Origin: Okamejei kenojei
Taxonomy: Eukaryota
Direction: 5' to 3'
Length of the DNA stretch: 64,000 nt
Assembly: GCA_035221665.1 (NCBI GenBank)
Contig: CM069162.1
Span: 27,032,001 to 27,096,000 of the forward strand
The notes under the pieces were generated by a model. The model had not been told where the DNA came from. It did not search any database and worked only from the letters and a program-made list of their open reading frames with translations. How positions within the stretch are numbered: the first letter of the stretch is position 1; each line of letters starts with the position of its first letter. The translations under genes and the position numbers were made by a program. This document shows positions 13,901 through 27,915 of the stretch, piece by piece.

Positions 13901-16900
13901 GAGCGAAGGAAATAGACAACGCTTTGGGTCGAGACCCTTCTTCAGACCAATTGGGCTTGTTGGTTAACTAAATACTGTTTTCAGAAAGGAATGATAGTCC
14001 TTTTTGACCCTTAATCCTGTGTTACTTACTCCACATCCAAAAAGCAAAGCTAGACATGTAACCTTAACTCTGAGATGTTGGGTAAATAATGATTCCATAA
14101 ATTTAAAATTATTATCGAACAACTAAATACTGTTGTTGGGACTGCATGTGCATTTTGTTATTTGAGTTTCGGGACTGCATGTGCATTTTGGTGAGCTTGT
14201 TGCTATTCCAGTGGTCATTCTTGAAGCATCTACGTTTTGAGTCACTAACTCAGAATCTGATTGTAGAATCGATATATTTTTATACATGGGCTGAGAAACA
14301 TTTGGGTAATTTAGTAAAGAACACAACTGTCGGGTGAGACCGATATGAAAAGAGTAGAGAGTGACTGGTGGACAATAGGGTATGGGGGACCTAGCGGAGC
14401 TGCATTTAAAAGAAAGTCAGAGGTGGTTTGTAAAGACATTACCAAGAAGAGAGTAATTGCATATAAGAGTCAAGGTCCAAGTAACTGAATGTATTGAATG
14501 TTGGCTTGGAGTTGGGAAGTATATATTGGAATGACCTGTGCTGGGGCCAATGTTGATTTGTATGTACGTGAACATATGCACAATTTTAACCCTTTTCAGT
14601 GCAATTAAGAAATATGACTAAATTAGTGCTCTACAAAACCATATTTGCGGCCCTTATGTTAATCCATTTTGCATGATCTGAAACATTATTTTCTGCTATA
14701 AATATGAGGCAAACAGATTTATAGTCATGCTTATCTTTTCCCTTTAAATATGTAGCATTTGCCTTTTTCAGACCTTATGGTGCAGTTTCTGTTTTCAAAG
14801 TATCTTCCTTAGTGGCTCTGCTCTCACTGCGTATATGATAATTAATATCTCCAGTCCATGATAATTAACATGTTCGTTTTACTTTATATTAAGGCCAAAC
14901 ATACTTAGAGTATGCTCTTGCATCATTGCGGTTGGTTCATTTGCTTGTGCTCGATCTTGTTTGTATTAAACTTGATGTTAAAGGAAGAATGTTTGTTTGT
15001 CATTTTGCAGGTGGCTCTGAGAAGCTGTTGCGGGTCTGCTTAAACCTTCCCTACTTCCTGCGATATATTAACCGTTTCCAAGATGCTGTCTCTGCCAACT
15101 CCTTTTTCATAATGCCTGCTACAGTTGCAGACGCAACTGCAGTGCGGAATGGGTGAGTTGTAAACATTCAGTGGGGACTGATGACTGCGTTTCAATTTTC
15201 ATGTAATTGGTTAAAACGTATTGATCGATGTGAGGCAAATTCAAAATTATCACTTTTTTGTCTGTATAAATGATTCAGGTAATAAATTTTGAATGGTTAA
15301 TTTGCTCTGGGTAGAAATTTGACTGATCCACATGTCTTTTTAAACACTAGTGGGGTGTGTTTTTTGATTTTCCCCATACATTGTTTTTAAAATATTCTCT
15401 TTAACGCTATATCTTCAGATTCCATTCCTTGGTCATTGATGTTACCATGGCACTGGACACACTCTCGTTGCCTGTGCTTGAGCCCCTGACCCCTGAAAGA
15501 TTACAGGATGTGACAGTATTAGCACTGAGTTGTTTATATGCAGGTCTGTATACGAACAAATAAAATGTCTTTCCAAGGCTCGGAAACAGCAGATTAAACT
15601 GATGGAATTAATGTGTCCTTTTAAATGTCATTTTCATGAGAGGAATTATGAAAGTAGGTCTGGTAGAAACCATACCCAGTTCTCTGTCAATAGGATTATA
15701 TTGAGCAATGTGGTCATTTTGTTAACATTTTTGTATAATTTTCTATCAGTTGTCATGCATGTTATAATCATAGAATGGTTATTGCACAGAAGGATGCAAT
15801 TTGGTCCATTATTCCCATGCCCGCTCTCTACCAGAGCAGCTCACAAATTCTACCCCCACCCTTGCCATTTCTCTACAGTTTTGACAATTTTCCCTCCCCA
15901 TAAATTTATCCAGCTGCCTCTTGAGGGCCTCGGTGGAATCTGCCAAGTCCAAACCTACAGATTTCAACTGTGTACTGTGCCAAAAAAAAACCCATGTCAG
16001 TATTTCATACCTGTATCTAATCTTTGACCCTTCAACCACAGGAACATTATAAACCCTATCCAGATCTCATAATTTCACCTATTTCTGTCAGGTCTTACCT
16101 CCGCCTCTTCCGTACAGAACATATTCAGAGCCTCCAATCTATGCTTTACACTTTAGTTTCTTATTCTTGGAACAATTTTCATAAATCTCTCCTGGACCTT
16201 ATCTAATGCCATCACATCCTTCCAGATGCAGTGATCAGGTGACCACAATTGAGTGTGGGCCAGCGAATGATAAAGATCTTTCCTTCTTACTGCACAACAT
16301 CCCTTCCTTTATACTTTGTCTCAGTTCATGATGCCCAGAATTACATATGCCTTATTTCTTCATCTGCTTTGCCAAGTTTAATGATGTCAACCCTGTCCAC
16401 AGGTCCAGCAGTTCCTGTATGCCTTTTAGAACAATATCCTTTATGTTGCTGCTCAGTTTCCTCTAAAAATGACTCAACTAACATTTATTTTGATTAAAAC
16501 ATCATCTTTCATATGTCATTCCATTTTACCAGCCTAGCTAGAAAATGCTGCAATTTTATCAATTGCCTTTTTGCAATACTGCCAATATTTGTGTCATCTG
16601 CAAATTTAGAAATTGTGGCTTGCACACTTATGTCTTGGGTCAGAAAAGGAAATGGTTCTAGCACATCTTCCTGTGGAGTATCATTATTTATCTTCCCTGG
16701 TGCGTTATAGAACAAGTATTGATGACAATCTGTTATCTGTTACTGGGACAACTTAGTGTTCATGCTCTTAATTTCATTTTTATGCTATGAGCCTCATCTT
16801 TACTAATGAGCACCTTATCAAAATCCATTTTCTAAGGTCACATGCAACTGCATTACCCTCATCAACCTTATTCGTCATGTCATTAAAATTTGATTTGTAC

Positions 16901-19900
16901 CTGTGGGCTTGTTTAATTAATTCATTTCCTCCAGTTGAATCTTAATAAAATTCCCAATCAAAGATTCTGAGAAGTTTTCCCACCGCTGAGATTAAACTGA
17001 TAGACATGTAATATTTGTCACTCTACAGTTCTCAGGCCCAGCCCCTGTATCCAAAGAGTGATGAAAAATTATGGTCAGTGGTCTCATTGTTCCTTGCCAT
17101 GCTTGCGTGAATATCCTAGCCGCCATTGATGCAGATTTTATTAATATGTTAATAACCCAAAGCTCCCCCTTTTTTCCCAGTAAATACAAATGATTTCTTA
17201 TTTAAGCTTTCCTTTTGAAGGACATAAAGTTGGTTTCTAATCATACAATCTAAACCAGATTTGAATGTTAAAATTGTTAATTTCTAGTATTCTTTCACTA
17301 GGAGTGAGTGTTGCGACATGCATGGCTATTCTACATGTAGGCAGTAGCTTGCAAGTTCGATCTGGATCTACTAGTAAAGATGAAGACTATGAAAATGATG
17401 CAGCTACAATTGTACAGAAATGTGTAAGTGCTGTATGACTAGATGTATTTTACAGTATTGCAATTAATCTTTGGAATAATGCTAGCACTTGGGGATAAAT
17501 TTGATTTGCTTTTGTTTTCATTGTGTTAATGTTGTTCAGATAAAAGTGAGTGTGTTACTCTACCAAGCCAGATGCTGGTAAGATGCTGGTTAGAATAAGA
17601 TAATGATCAATCAGGGAATATGTTGAGGAGAATCCCAATTACATGCAGGCATTTGAGTTGTCATTGTCTTAAGCAGTCCCTTGGCATCAAGGAGAACTTG
17701 TTCCTCCTTTGGTTCAAGGTGACTGACGAGGCCATTGTGGGAACCATAGACATTTTGGGCTAGTAAGTGCCTCATGGTACGGGCAGGTGGGTGGTTTGTG
17801 AGGCACTTACTAGGATGGCTATTGCGATTCCTAGTGCCATCCTGTGTGCTGCTATGTCACAGTCCTGATTCCCGGAATGTATTTTCTCAAGTAGCTGCGA
17901 GATCATACTTGGATCTTCAGTGCCTTGTTCGTCAGTAGTTTTGTTTCCAGAAGACTTTATGAAGTTTTTTTTCACATGCTTGTCCTGTTAAGTTGGATGA
18001 GGGCAGTCCTGTTGTATGTTTCACATCAGCTGCATTGGAACTGCTAGAAGATAAATTCACGCAGTTATTATGGCTTACTGGATCTGAGCAGGTTAAGGGA
18101 TTAAAGAACTATGCTAAAAGCGCATCTTGAATCTTTCTGCAGGATATATTCTAATTCTGACAATTTTCAGTTTTGTTCAACTTGATTTAGTTAGGGACCA
18201 CGCTATTTATTAATAATTTAAAACATCAACAACGGGGTTGTCATTCAGCTATATAACATGCTTTGCTGTAAGCCATAAAACTCAAGGTATGAATTCTCTT
18301 GCCATTGTCCTCCTCCTTCTCCACGTTCTGGCTCTGCGAGTGTGATATGGATGTATATAAGGTATTTCCTGATTGCTTGAATGCAGCACTAAATTAATAT
18401 TTCATTTATTATTGCAGTTGGAAATTTATGACATGATCGGTCAAGCAATTAACAGCTCACGACGCGCAGGTGGGGAGGTAAGATGTCTCTGTAGTACGTT
18501 TAGTATGCTTCATTAGTTGGGGCTTTTCAGCACAAGAATCAGGAAGTCATGTTACAGTCCTAAAACTTTGGTTTAGCTGTATTTGGAGTATTGTCTGGCT
18601 CTTAGCATCCAATTACAGGAATAATGAGGGTACTAAGAAGTCTATCAGCATGCGGCCTGGATTAGAGTGCAATGGTTATGAGGAGAGAATGGACAGACTT
18701 GGGTTATTTCCCTCTGGAATGTTTGTGGTTGAGGGGAGACAAAATATGAGATGCATTGGTCAGTTAGACAGGTCAGAATTGTAGTTGAATTTGGCTTATT
18801 TTGGTTTAATTAATCTCGTTCATCACAGATCTCACGGGCCAAAGGGCCTGTTCCTGTGCTATGCTGCTCTATGTTCTAATTGCTAATGTTAGTCCCCGGA
18901 TTGCAAACCCTGTGTCGCAGGTCCAATTGAATTCCTTGCACAATCTGGATGATGCAGGTTCAATGACAGTGTGAGATTGGAAACTCCAGAAGACGTGCCT
19001 AGTAACAACCTGGACTCAGGCATAAGAGCATTGTGTCTGAGTCCAGATGGTGTGTGTTGGCAGATTGATGCTCTGGTCCTTGGAATTCTCACTTTAATTA
19101 ATGTAGAAGTCAGAGGAAGGAGATATTATTGAAATAATCTGCATCAGTTGCTGCAGTTAAATCCCATAGATTCTGCTGTATTGCAGTGTACCGAAGGAAA
19201 TGTTCTGCAATCCTCTTGTATGTTGCCAGTCTGTCAACCGATTGTCTCAGTTCGATATGTATAGGTTATCAAGCCTGTAATTTTGCCCTCTGAGTAGATG
19301 ACAACAATGGAGTGAACACGACTTTATACTTGTGGTTTCATTTACTAGTTGCTCGTCAAACTGAACAATGCATTATGTATCATAGGTTCAGAGTATTTTG
19401 CTGAGAGAGCACTGAGGATGGAAGTTAATATTATATCTAGCAACTGTAAATGTATAGAAGGAAATACCTTGTGGCATTGTTTGCAATTAATTTAAAGATA
19501 TCATTTGCTATGGAACAGCTCAAAGATTTGAATGAAACAAATGGGATACTGCCCTGACTGAAATATATAAAGTATTTATATATTTTGAAAGCAAAAGTTG
19601 AAAATATTTTATCTGTTGCCAGTTATTAATTTTATTTTGTACTTTCTCCCCAGCATTATCAAAACTTCCAATTATTGGGTGCCTGGTGCCTTCTAAACAG
19701 CCTCTACTTGATCCTGAACCTTAGTCCTGCAGCGTTGGCTGACAAGGGGAAAGAGAAAGACCCACTGGCTGCACTTCGAGTCCGTGACATTGCTGCTCGT
19801 GCGAAAGAAGGAGCTGGGTCGCCCAAATTAGCACCTGTTAAAGGGTGAGTGAATAATCGATGGATAATGTACTAGAGTTTCTCGAAAGAGGTGGATTGTG

Positions 19901-22900
19901 CAATAAACTCCTCGGGTTCTACTTCCAGTCAGTAACAATGATTTGACACTCATTTTGCTATTTTTTCTTCTCTCAGTTCCAAATAAAATCAGTAAATTTT
20001 GAAAAATCAATCCATTGTTTCATTGGCAAAATTTATATAAACCAATTAATTTTTCTATTGCTCAAGATAACATAGAAGAGTAGAGTACGGGAACAGATCC
20101 TTTGACGTACAATGCTTGTGCCGAACTTAATGCCAAGATGGTCGGCACGGACTGGAAGGGCCGAGAGGGCCTGTCTCCGTGCTGTAATTGTTATATGGTT
20201 ATATGGTTATAAACTAACCTCATTTGTCTGCACATGATCCATATCCCTCCATTCCCTGCATATATTCATGTGCCTACCTTAAATGCCACTATCGTATCTG
20301 CCTCCACTGTGGGCCAGCACTGGTAGTGCTTTTCTAGGCACCCAACTTTCCTCTCTGGCATGATGAGATTTTTTAAATCTTGGGTTCCCTGTGTTGGGTT
20401 TAATTAAAAAATTGATGTTACCTTTGCTTTTTAATACTAATTGTATGGGCAAGTTCATATTTGTATCTGGAACAAGACAGCAGATCAAAATGAGTCATAG
20501 AGTCATACAGCACGAAAACTTGCCATGCCGACCAAGATGCCCCATGTATGCCAGACACAGCGTCCCATGTTTGGCCCACATCCCTCTAAACCGTTCCTAT
20601 CCATTTACCTGTTCAAATGTCTTTCGAATGATGTAGTAGTACCTACCTGGACTACCTCCTCTGGCAGCTTGTCCATATACCCACCTGCATCTGTTGAAAA
20701 TGTTACCGCTCAGTTTCCTGTTAAATATTTCTCCTCTCACCGTAAACCTATGTCCTCTGGTTGTTGATTCTCCTACTCTGGGTCAAAGTCTCTGTGCATT
20801 TACCCTATATATTCCCCTTATGATTTTATACATCTCTATAAGATCACCGCTCAGACTCCAACAATCCAGGGAATATAGTCCTAGCTTACCCATCTTGTTA
20901 AAATTCTGTCTGCATTGTCCACTGCCTGGATAGTCTAAAATGTTTCAAACCGATGGCCTTGTGTAGTTCAATAAAAAGGTTGACATTAGTCTGACTTCCT
21001 TTCCTGCAGACATCAAGGATTTGGCATTTTGTCTGTGGTTCTGGCAAATCATGCTATCAAACTGCTGACGTCACTCTTTCAAGATCTACAAGTGGAGGCT
21101 CTCTACAGGGTAAGTGGCAGCTCTTGAGTTTAGTACACAGAGTTACACTTGAGAAACCTATTTAGCTTTTTGAAGTTAGCCTAGATTTGGATTTCTCAGC
21201 ATAAAAAGTGAAGCAGAGGTTAGATGCATCAGAGATCTCTGTGTATATATGAAAAATCAACCAGCGATGCTGCCTGACCCGCTGAGTTACTCCAGCATTT
21301 TGTGTCTATCTTCAAACTAAAAGCAACTAGATGAAAGCATAAAATAATGATTTAAGTTTATAACACTTTCCTTGGGACCATGGTTATCCCAACACATTGT
21401 TCCTTTGAAGCATGATGGAAACGGTCCATGAAAAGTAGCAAGAAGCTACGCTGTTAATAAAAGACAAACTTGCCAACACCTCATTTGTTTGTGCACCCTG
21501 CTATGCTCAGAATACCTGCAGTGTATGTGTATAAGTTTATTCAAAATAATATAATATCCTGGTAACATTTCAGTGAGTTTGCTTAAGGAATAAATATTAT
21601 CTCAAGATATTGGATTGATCTTACCTGCTGTCATTGAAATATCCCAAAATATCATTTATATTTACCTTAGTGGACAATCAGGATCATAGCTTAAAGTCCC
21701 ACCCAAAGATGGCAGGCCTGATGTTGAACAGAATGTAATACAAAGCTAAATTGTATGTTTACCTTTTGAGTACAAATTGTGCACGTGCATACTATAAAGC
21801 GTATCTTTTTTTCATATGTAAATTTACCCGGTTATTTGGACACAGTATAACAATGGATCATTTTGATTTCAACAGGGTTGGAGAGGCGACGGTCCACCTG
21901 CAGAGCTAAATATAAGGGCACAGAGCTCCTCCATTCAGCGTGTCCAGAGACTGATTGAATCTGTTCCCCTCACCAACTTGCTTTTCACACTTTTGTCAAC
22001 ATCTTATAGAAAGGTAATCACTTCTACAATAGAGTGCCACAATGAAGCCAAATTGGTTGCCATGTTTGTGCTGACTCTTTGTTGAACAGTTCACAAATAA
22101 CTTGCGGATTTGCTTCTTTCCCATATCTCACGATTGTCCTCAATCTGACTAACTAGATCCTCCTCCACCCTCCCGTTCATGCATTCTTTCTTGGTTTCCA
22201 ACATTTGTCCAGTGTCCAATGACTCTCTTGAAGATTTTATCTTTTGTGTGGTTAGTGATTCAATCATAGTGTAACAGTATGATTATGTGTAGTTCATTTA
22301 TATTTGTCAACAGAAAATTAATGCACTGGTATTAAAATAATGGTTGCCAACAAATGTAAGGTCATGTTACCCTTTGAGAACAATGCTGCCCTACACCTAA
22401 AAGACTTAAAAATGAAGGTTGTTTTTATTTCCACAATTATTTGGGGGAGAAAAATACACCTTTCATTGGCCTTTGTGTGGGGGCACGTGACCTTCAATGG
22501 TTCATCACCAATTTTGTAGTCCGTCTTGTTTTAAATTACTCAGTGGAGGAGATTGTTTCCCTCTTTATGATCCCAAACACCTTATCTTATCCATCAACCG
22601 CATAAACTAAAGAATAGAACTGATTTTGTCAGTATAACATAATTCGTTACCATCATTATATTGTTATCATCATTATATCTCAATGTAATTCTGATGAATC
22701 TGTGCTGCATCTCTTGCTTGGTGACTATTTGTTGCCCTACTCAACAGAATGCAGATTGGTTTGATCAGGGCTCATTGCAATTGTACCTTTGTACCATCAT
22801 TATTTTGAGAAAGTTGTTTGGTAATGACATTCAAATGTTTTCCGCAGTGTCCAGTTTCCTATAGAGAGTCACTGTTCATGCGGTACAGCTCCCCATAGGA

Positions 22901-25900
22901 ATTCCCTGTCTTGGCCTGTGCATTGTGTTATTATATTTACCAGGTTGTAGATGTGGTGATTAAAATTGTTATCATTTTACACCTCTAGGCTTGTGTCCTT
23001 CAACGCCAGCGCAAAGGTTCTGTGAGTAGTGATGTCAGTGCATCCACTGATTCAAACACTTATTATGAAGACGATTTCAGTAGCACTGAAGAGGACAGTA
23101 GTCAAGGTAGTCTCAGGATTTATGTTGTGTTCTGAGACTTAATGTGGGTTGAAATGGTCAATTTATGATGCTTGGCCCAGGCATTTTCCAGATTTACAGA
23201 ATACAAACTGCAATAAAATTCTAAAATATCAATTATTTCTGGGTACGGCTTTAGTGCCCTTTAGTTTTCAACACATTCCAATGACATTAGAAATAGAACA
23301 GCTATAAAAAAGATCTGCTAGGTACATTCGAAATTCTGAATGACGTATATTTAGTATATCTGCTGGTGATTGAACAATTATTTCTATTTATCAGTGTTAC
23401 AGACCTATTATTGGGTTTGCAGACCTGCTCTGCTGCAAGGAAGAACTTCATTGTTCTGTGTTAGGTACATATGACAATTAAACACACTTGACTCTTGAAT
23501 TGATAATCGGATGATATTCACCAAATCAAATTTCAAGGAAAGGGTTGAGAGTATTTTAGCACATTATTGCAATGTGTAATTCTCCACAGTTACACTGGTG
23601 TGTCTTGAAATCATTTAAAACGTTTTGAACAAGGATATTTGGAGACTGGAACATACAAATGTATTCCATACATTGGAGTAAGGGCAGGAATATAGAACAA
23701 TTTTGGTCACCTTGGAGGGGCTGGGTAGATTGGATGGTTTCCTTTTGTTCTTTATAATTCTGCAACTGCCGTTACATTTGTAATTCATTCATGATTGCGA
23801 TGCAAGTTGTGCTACTGTTACTTGAATTACTCTTGCTTTGAACAGTGGGGGCATCTGTGTTGTACTTTATAGATGACGACAGTGAGCCGATTCTTGGCCA
23901 ATGGTTTGAAGAGACTATCTCACCCAGTAAGGAAAAATCAGCACCACCCCCTCCTCCACCACCCCCTCCCCTGGAGAGCTCCCCACGGCTGAAGAGCCCA
24001 AATAAGCAGAGTACTGTGGAGAATGGCAACATACTAGCGAGTCGCAGAGACCCCGAGCTGGTGAGTGAATTCCAGCAACAAATAAGTCAAATATCATGTC
24101 AAACTGTTTTTGATAAATCAGGAGGTCAAAATATGTTTAGTTTTAATTCTGGATCTCTCATATTTAAATAATTTGATGGGCTGGCTTTTTAAACTTATCT
24201 GTGAAACTAAGCTCCATGGTGTCTTTATTATTGAAAGTGAACTCTTGAATCATTTGGTACTTATCAAATAACTGTGTGGTTTTTCAGATTTGAGGGAGTT
24301 AGATGTGGCCCTTGTGGCTAAGGGGATCAGGGGGTATGGAGAGAAGGCAGGTACGGGATACTGAGTTGGATGATCAGCCATGATCATATTGAATGGCGGT
24401 GCAGGCTCGAAGGGCTGAATGGCCTATTCCTGCACCTAATTTCTATGTTTCTATGTTTCCTTATATGTAGAACTAAATATTAGATTAAGACACATCTCGG
24501 GCTCAAATTACATTGAGAATGGAGGTGAGGATAGTACTTGCGAATGAGATTACCTCAGCTCTAGTAAAATCTCCATGTTTAAATTATTTTTATAAATTGT
24601 CTTCCAGTTTCTCAGCCTGGCTTCAGGCATCCTCAACTTCATTACATCTTCAATGCTGAACTCGAGGAACAACTTCATCCGGAATTACCTGAGTGTTTCT
24701 CTGACTGAACAACATATGATGACACTAGCAAGCATCATCAAAGATGTGGACAAAGATGGAACCAAAGGTTAGGATGCTACTTCAGAGTTAGCGAATAATA
24801 AGCAGGCTTGCCTTTGGAGTGCAATGTTTGCTTATTCTTTCTTAGGCACTTCTTTCAGCCTCTTACTACTCAAGTAGTGAAAAAGCTAATGAAAGCTTGA
24901 ACTGGTTAAATTGTAATTCATTGGGTAAAGATGATTTGCCAGGACACTGCCGTGGGGTACCCTTCGCCACCATAAACAGAGCGTTGAGAAACAAGGAACC
25001 CCAGATGCTGGTGCTGGAAGAACTCAGCGGGTCAGCCAGCAGGTTTAGACTACATAGATAAGTGACCTTTCAGATTGGGACCCTTGTTCAGACTGATTGT
25101 AGTAGGAGGGATAAAGCTGGAAAAGAGGTGGGAGTGCGACAAAGCCTCTGCAATGCACAGGTGGATACAGGGGGGTGGGGGTGCTGGTGGGCAGATGAAT
25201 GGACAAAGGTTAGAGATGCAAAAATAGAGAAATATTTGTCGTAAGGAGAGAGGAGACGTTAAATATGAACCCAGAGGAGGAAGTAGATATGGAAAGGGCC
25301 AGGGAGGGAGGGATAGTTGGAGAGATGGGGCACCGTGAGTATTGGGGGGTGAAAAACTAAAGATTTGTGGGCATCCAATAATGTGCCAAACTCGGAGGGA
25401 GGATTTGCATGTATCGAAAAGGGTTAACTTAATCTCTTAAAATCTTGACAATCATGGGTTTGAATTTGAATATGAAATTGACTACTAAAATGTTGTGTTA
25501 GCTGGAATAATGACTTCTGTAATGATGAGAAGTAGACTGGATTAATTCTAAGATAGACACAAAAAGCTGGAGTAACTCAGCGGGTCAGACTGCATCTCTG
25601 GAGAAAAGGAATAGGCGACGTTTCATGTCGAGACCCTTGTTCAGACAAATTCTGTTTGTGTTGTGGTCCCCTTTCCCTTCTCTCTTTGTGCTTATTTTTT
25701 ATTTTATGCATAGGGTCATCAGATGAGGAATTTGCCGTTGCATTGTATCAATTTAACCATTCCATGGTTACCTCTGACCTCCCATCACCAACCCTGCAGG
25801 TGAGTCCACTGTGGTTCACTGACTGTCCTTCGATTTCAGTTAGCAATGATAATATTATTTTGTGTGTGTGCTTTTTGTTGCTTATTAATGTTGCCACAAA

Positions 25901-27882
25901 ATGCAATGAAACAAGTTAAATGGAAATGCATGACGTTTGGGTTCATTTCTTAATATCTGTGAAATAGTTTCATGCAACTGTGTTGTGGACTCTTTTATGA
26001 ATAACATATGTTAGAAATAAAAATTGAGGCTTTTGATCACAGTTTTGGTCCTTTTTGTGACGATCACTTAAATAATTCAAACTTAATAATTTGATATAAA
26101 TACCACGTTTACATATCCGTCTTTCTGAGAAGTTTTTTCCCCAGTTTGTTCTCTGCCAAAGGAGTGAGCTCGGGGAGAAGGGTGTCAGCAGAGGAACAGC
26201 CCATGTCCTTCAGTGATCATAACACATATGAATATGTATAACATGGATGTTACATGTTATTGCAAGAGCTGGCCAATTTAAATTCCTGCACCCGACTGGT
26301 AGCATTGCAGAACATTCAAACTGAAATCTGATTGTACTGTTTCTGTTGATTTTTTTTTTTAAATGGATACATATTATATGTTGTATCTTGCAGATCAAGA
26401 ATCTGGTATTGTGTACGAGTCTTTTGTTGTGCCAATCGCATTCAACATCACAATATTAACACTTCTGTTTTTATCCAGAACATACTGCTGCAGCAACTGG
26501 GGATCGCGCCTTCTTCAGAGGGTCCATGGCCATTGTATGTTCACTCACAAAGCCTCTCTGTGCTGTCACGCTTGCTATTAATCTGGCAGCACAAAGCCAA
26601 GGCACAGGGTGATCCAGATGTACCAGAGTGCATGAAAATCTGGGAAAGGTAAGAAATTCTTCACCAAAAGTAAATGAAAAGAGGTTGCCCAGTTTCATCC
26701 TTCGATCTGTATGCAATGCTGAACTGAAGCATCTCTAATTGTTAGTGTTGCTGATTTAGTGACAATTGGAGATTATCATTGAAACTAGATTTTAATTGTG
26801 ATTAACCATAGACATATAGAATCACAAGCAGATTAAAGGCCTCAATGTTTTTACTATGTAGTTTGGAATATTTAACTTTCCCACGATCATTAATTTCTAC
26901 TGCAATATTTCCTGCAATCTCTTATGTGGATAATTATCTCTTTCCCACGGCAGGTTTATTGGGACACTTAAGCAGAACATATTCCAGGGTGTGGTGCCAA
27001 CTGACTCAGAAGATTTAAATGTTGAGCATCTTCAACTTCTGCTGCTAATATTCCATAACTTCTCGGAGAGTGGCCGGCGCATGGTGGTCACCATGTGCGT
27101 ACAAGTGATTGTTGAGGTGGCATCAAAGGCAGAGAATCAAGTTCGATGTGTGCCACTAACACTTGCCAGATTGCTGCTGGTCTTTGAATATGTTCTTCAG
27201 CAGTATTCAAAAGTGCCAATCTACCTATTTGAACAGGTAAGGACCAGTGGAGTGGGTGGTTGAAAATCTATTTTGTGTAAATAAAGCTATAAACGTTTAA
27301 CTACAAACTGGATCTCAGTATAATGGCTTGGAATTGGCAAGGAGAGGTAACACTGAGGTTGTCAACTTAGTGGAGAAATTTAGGGAGCAACTTAGAGTCA
27401 CAGAGTCACACAGCATGGAAACAGGCCCTTCGGCCCAACTTGTCCATGCTGACCTAGATGCCCCTTCTATTCTAGTCCTACCTGCCCATGTTTGGACATA
27501 TCTCTCTTAGCCTTTTGTATCCATGTAGCTAACTTCTAAATGAAGGTGAAGTGCAGGCAAGGTTCTGTCATTAGTTTCATGCAACTGTGTTGTGGACTCT
27601 TATATAATTTACAGAAGTTAATGAATCAATGCAAGTTTTAGACATTTATGGTTTATGTCCAAACATGTTACCTTTTGTAGAACGAGGAGTCTTTTGCATT
27701 TCTAGTGGTGAAAAAAAATTATAATTGCTGCTCAACAATCTATCTGGGCCTAAACAAATAATTAAAAAAGCCTTTGTTGCATGTTCTGATAATTACTGCT
27801 ATCTTGTCAGTATTTGGGAAAAAGTTTGTTAAATGCAGAGTTACTTGGTCCACCACCAACACCTCCTCCCCTCCCTCCCCCC

Positions 27883-27915
<33 letters not shown>

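Noticed and set aside
15530-16027. 165-aa ORF, and the 162-aa ORF at 28538-29026
   Set aside because: Intronic, overlapping repeat relics, with no protein similarity that I recognise.
17715-17750. CTGACGAGGCC resembling a hammerhead 5' core
   Set aside because: No stem II closure and no GAAA; the context looks like a degenerate LINE fragment.
26394-26405. Possible 12-nt in-frame microexon (IKNL) between exons 17 and 18
   Set aside because: Weak donor (GTATTG), poor pyrimidine tract and no gap relative to recalled UBR4; unsupported without RNA-seq.
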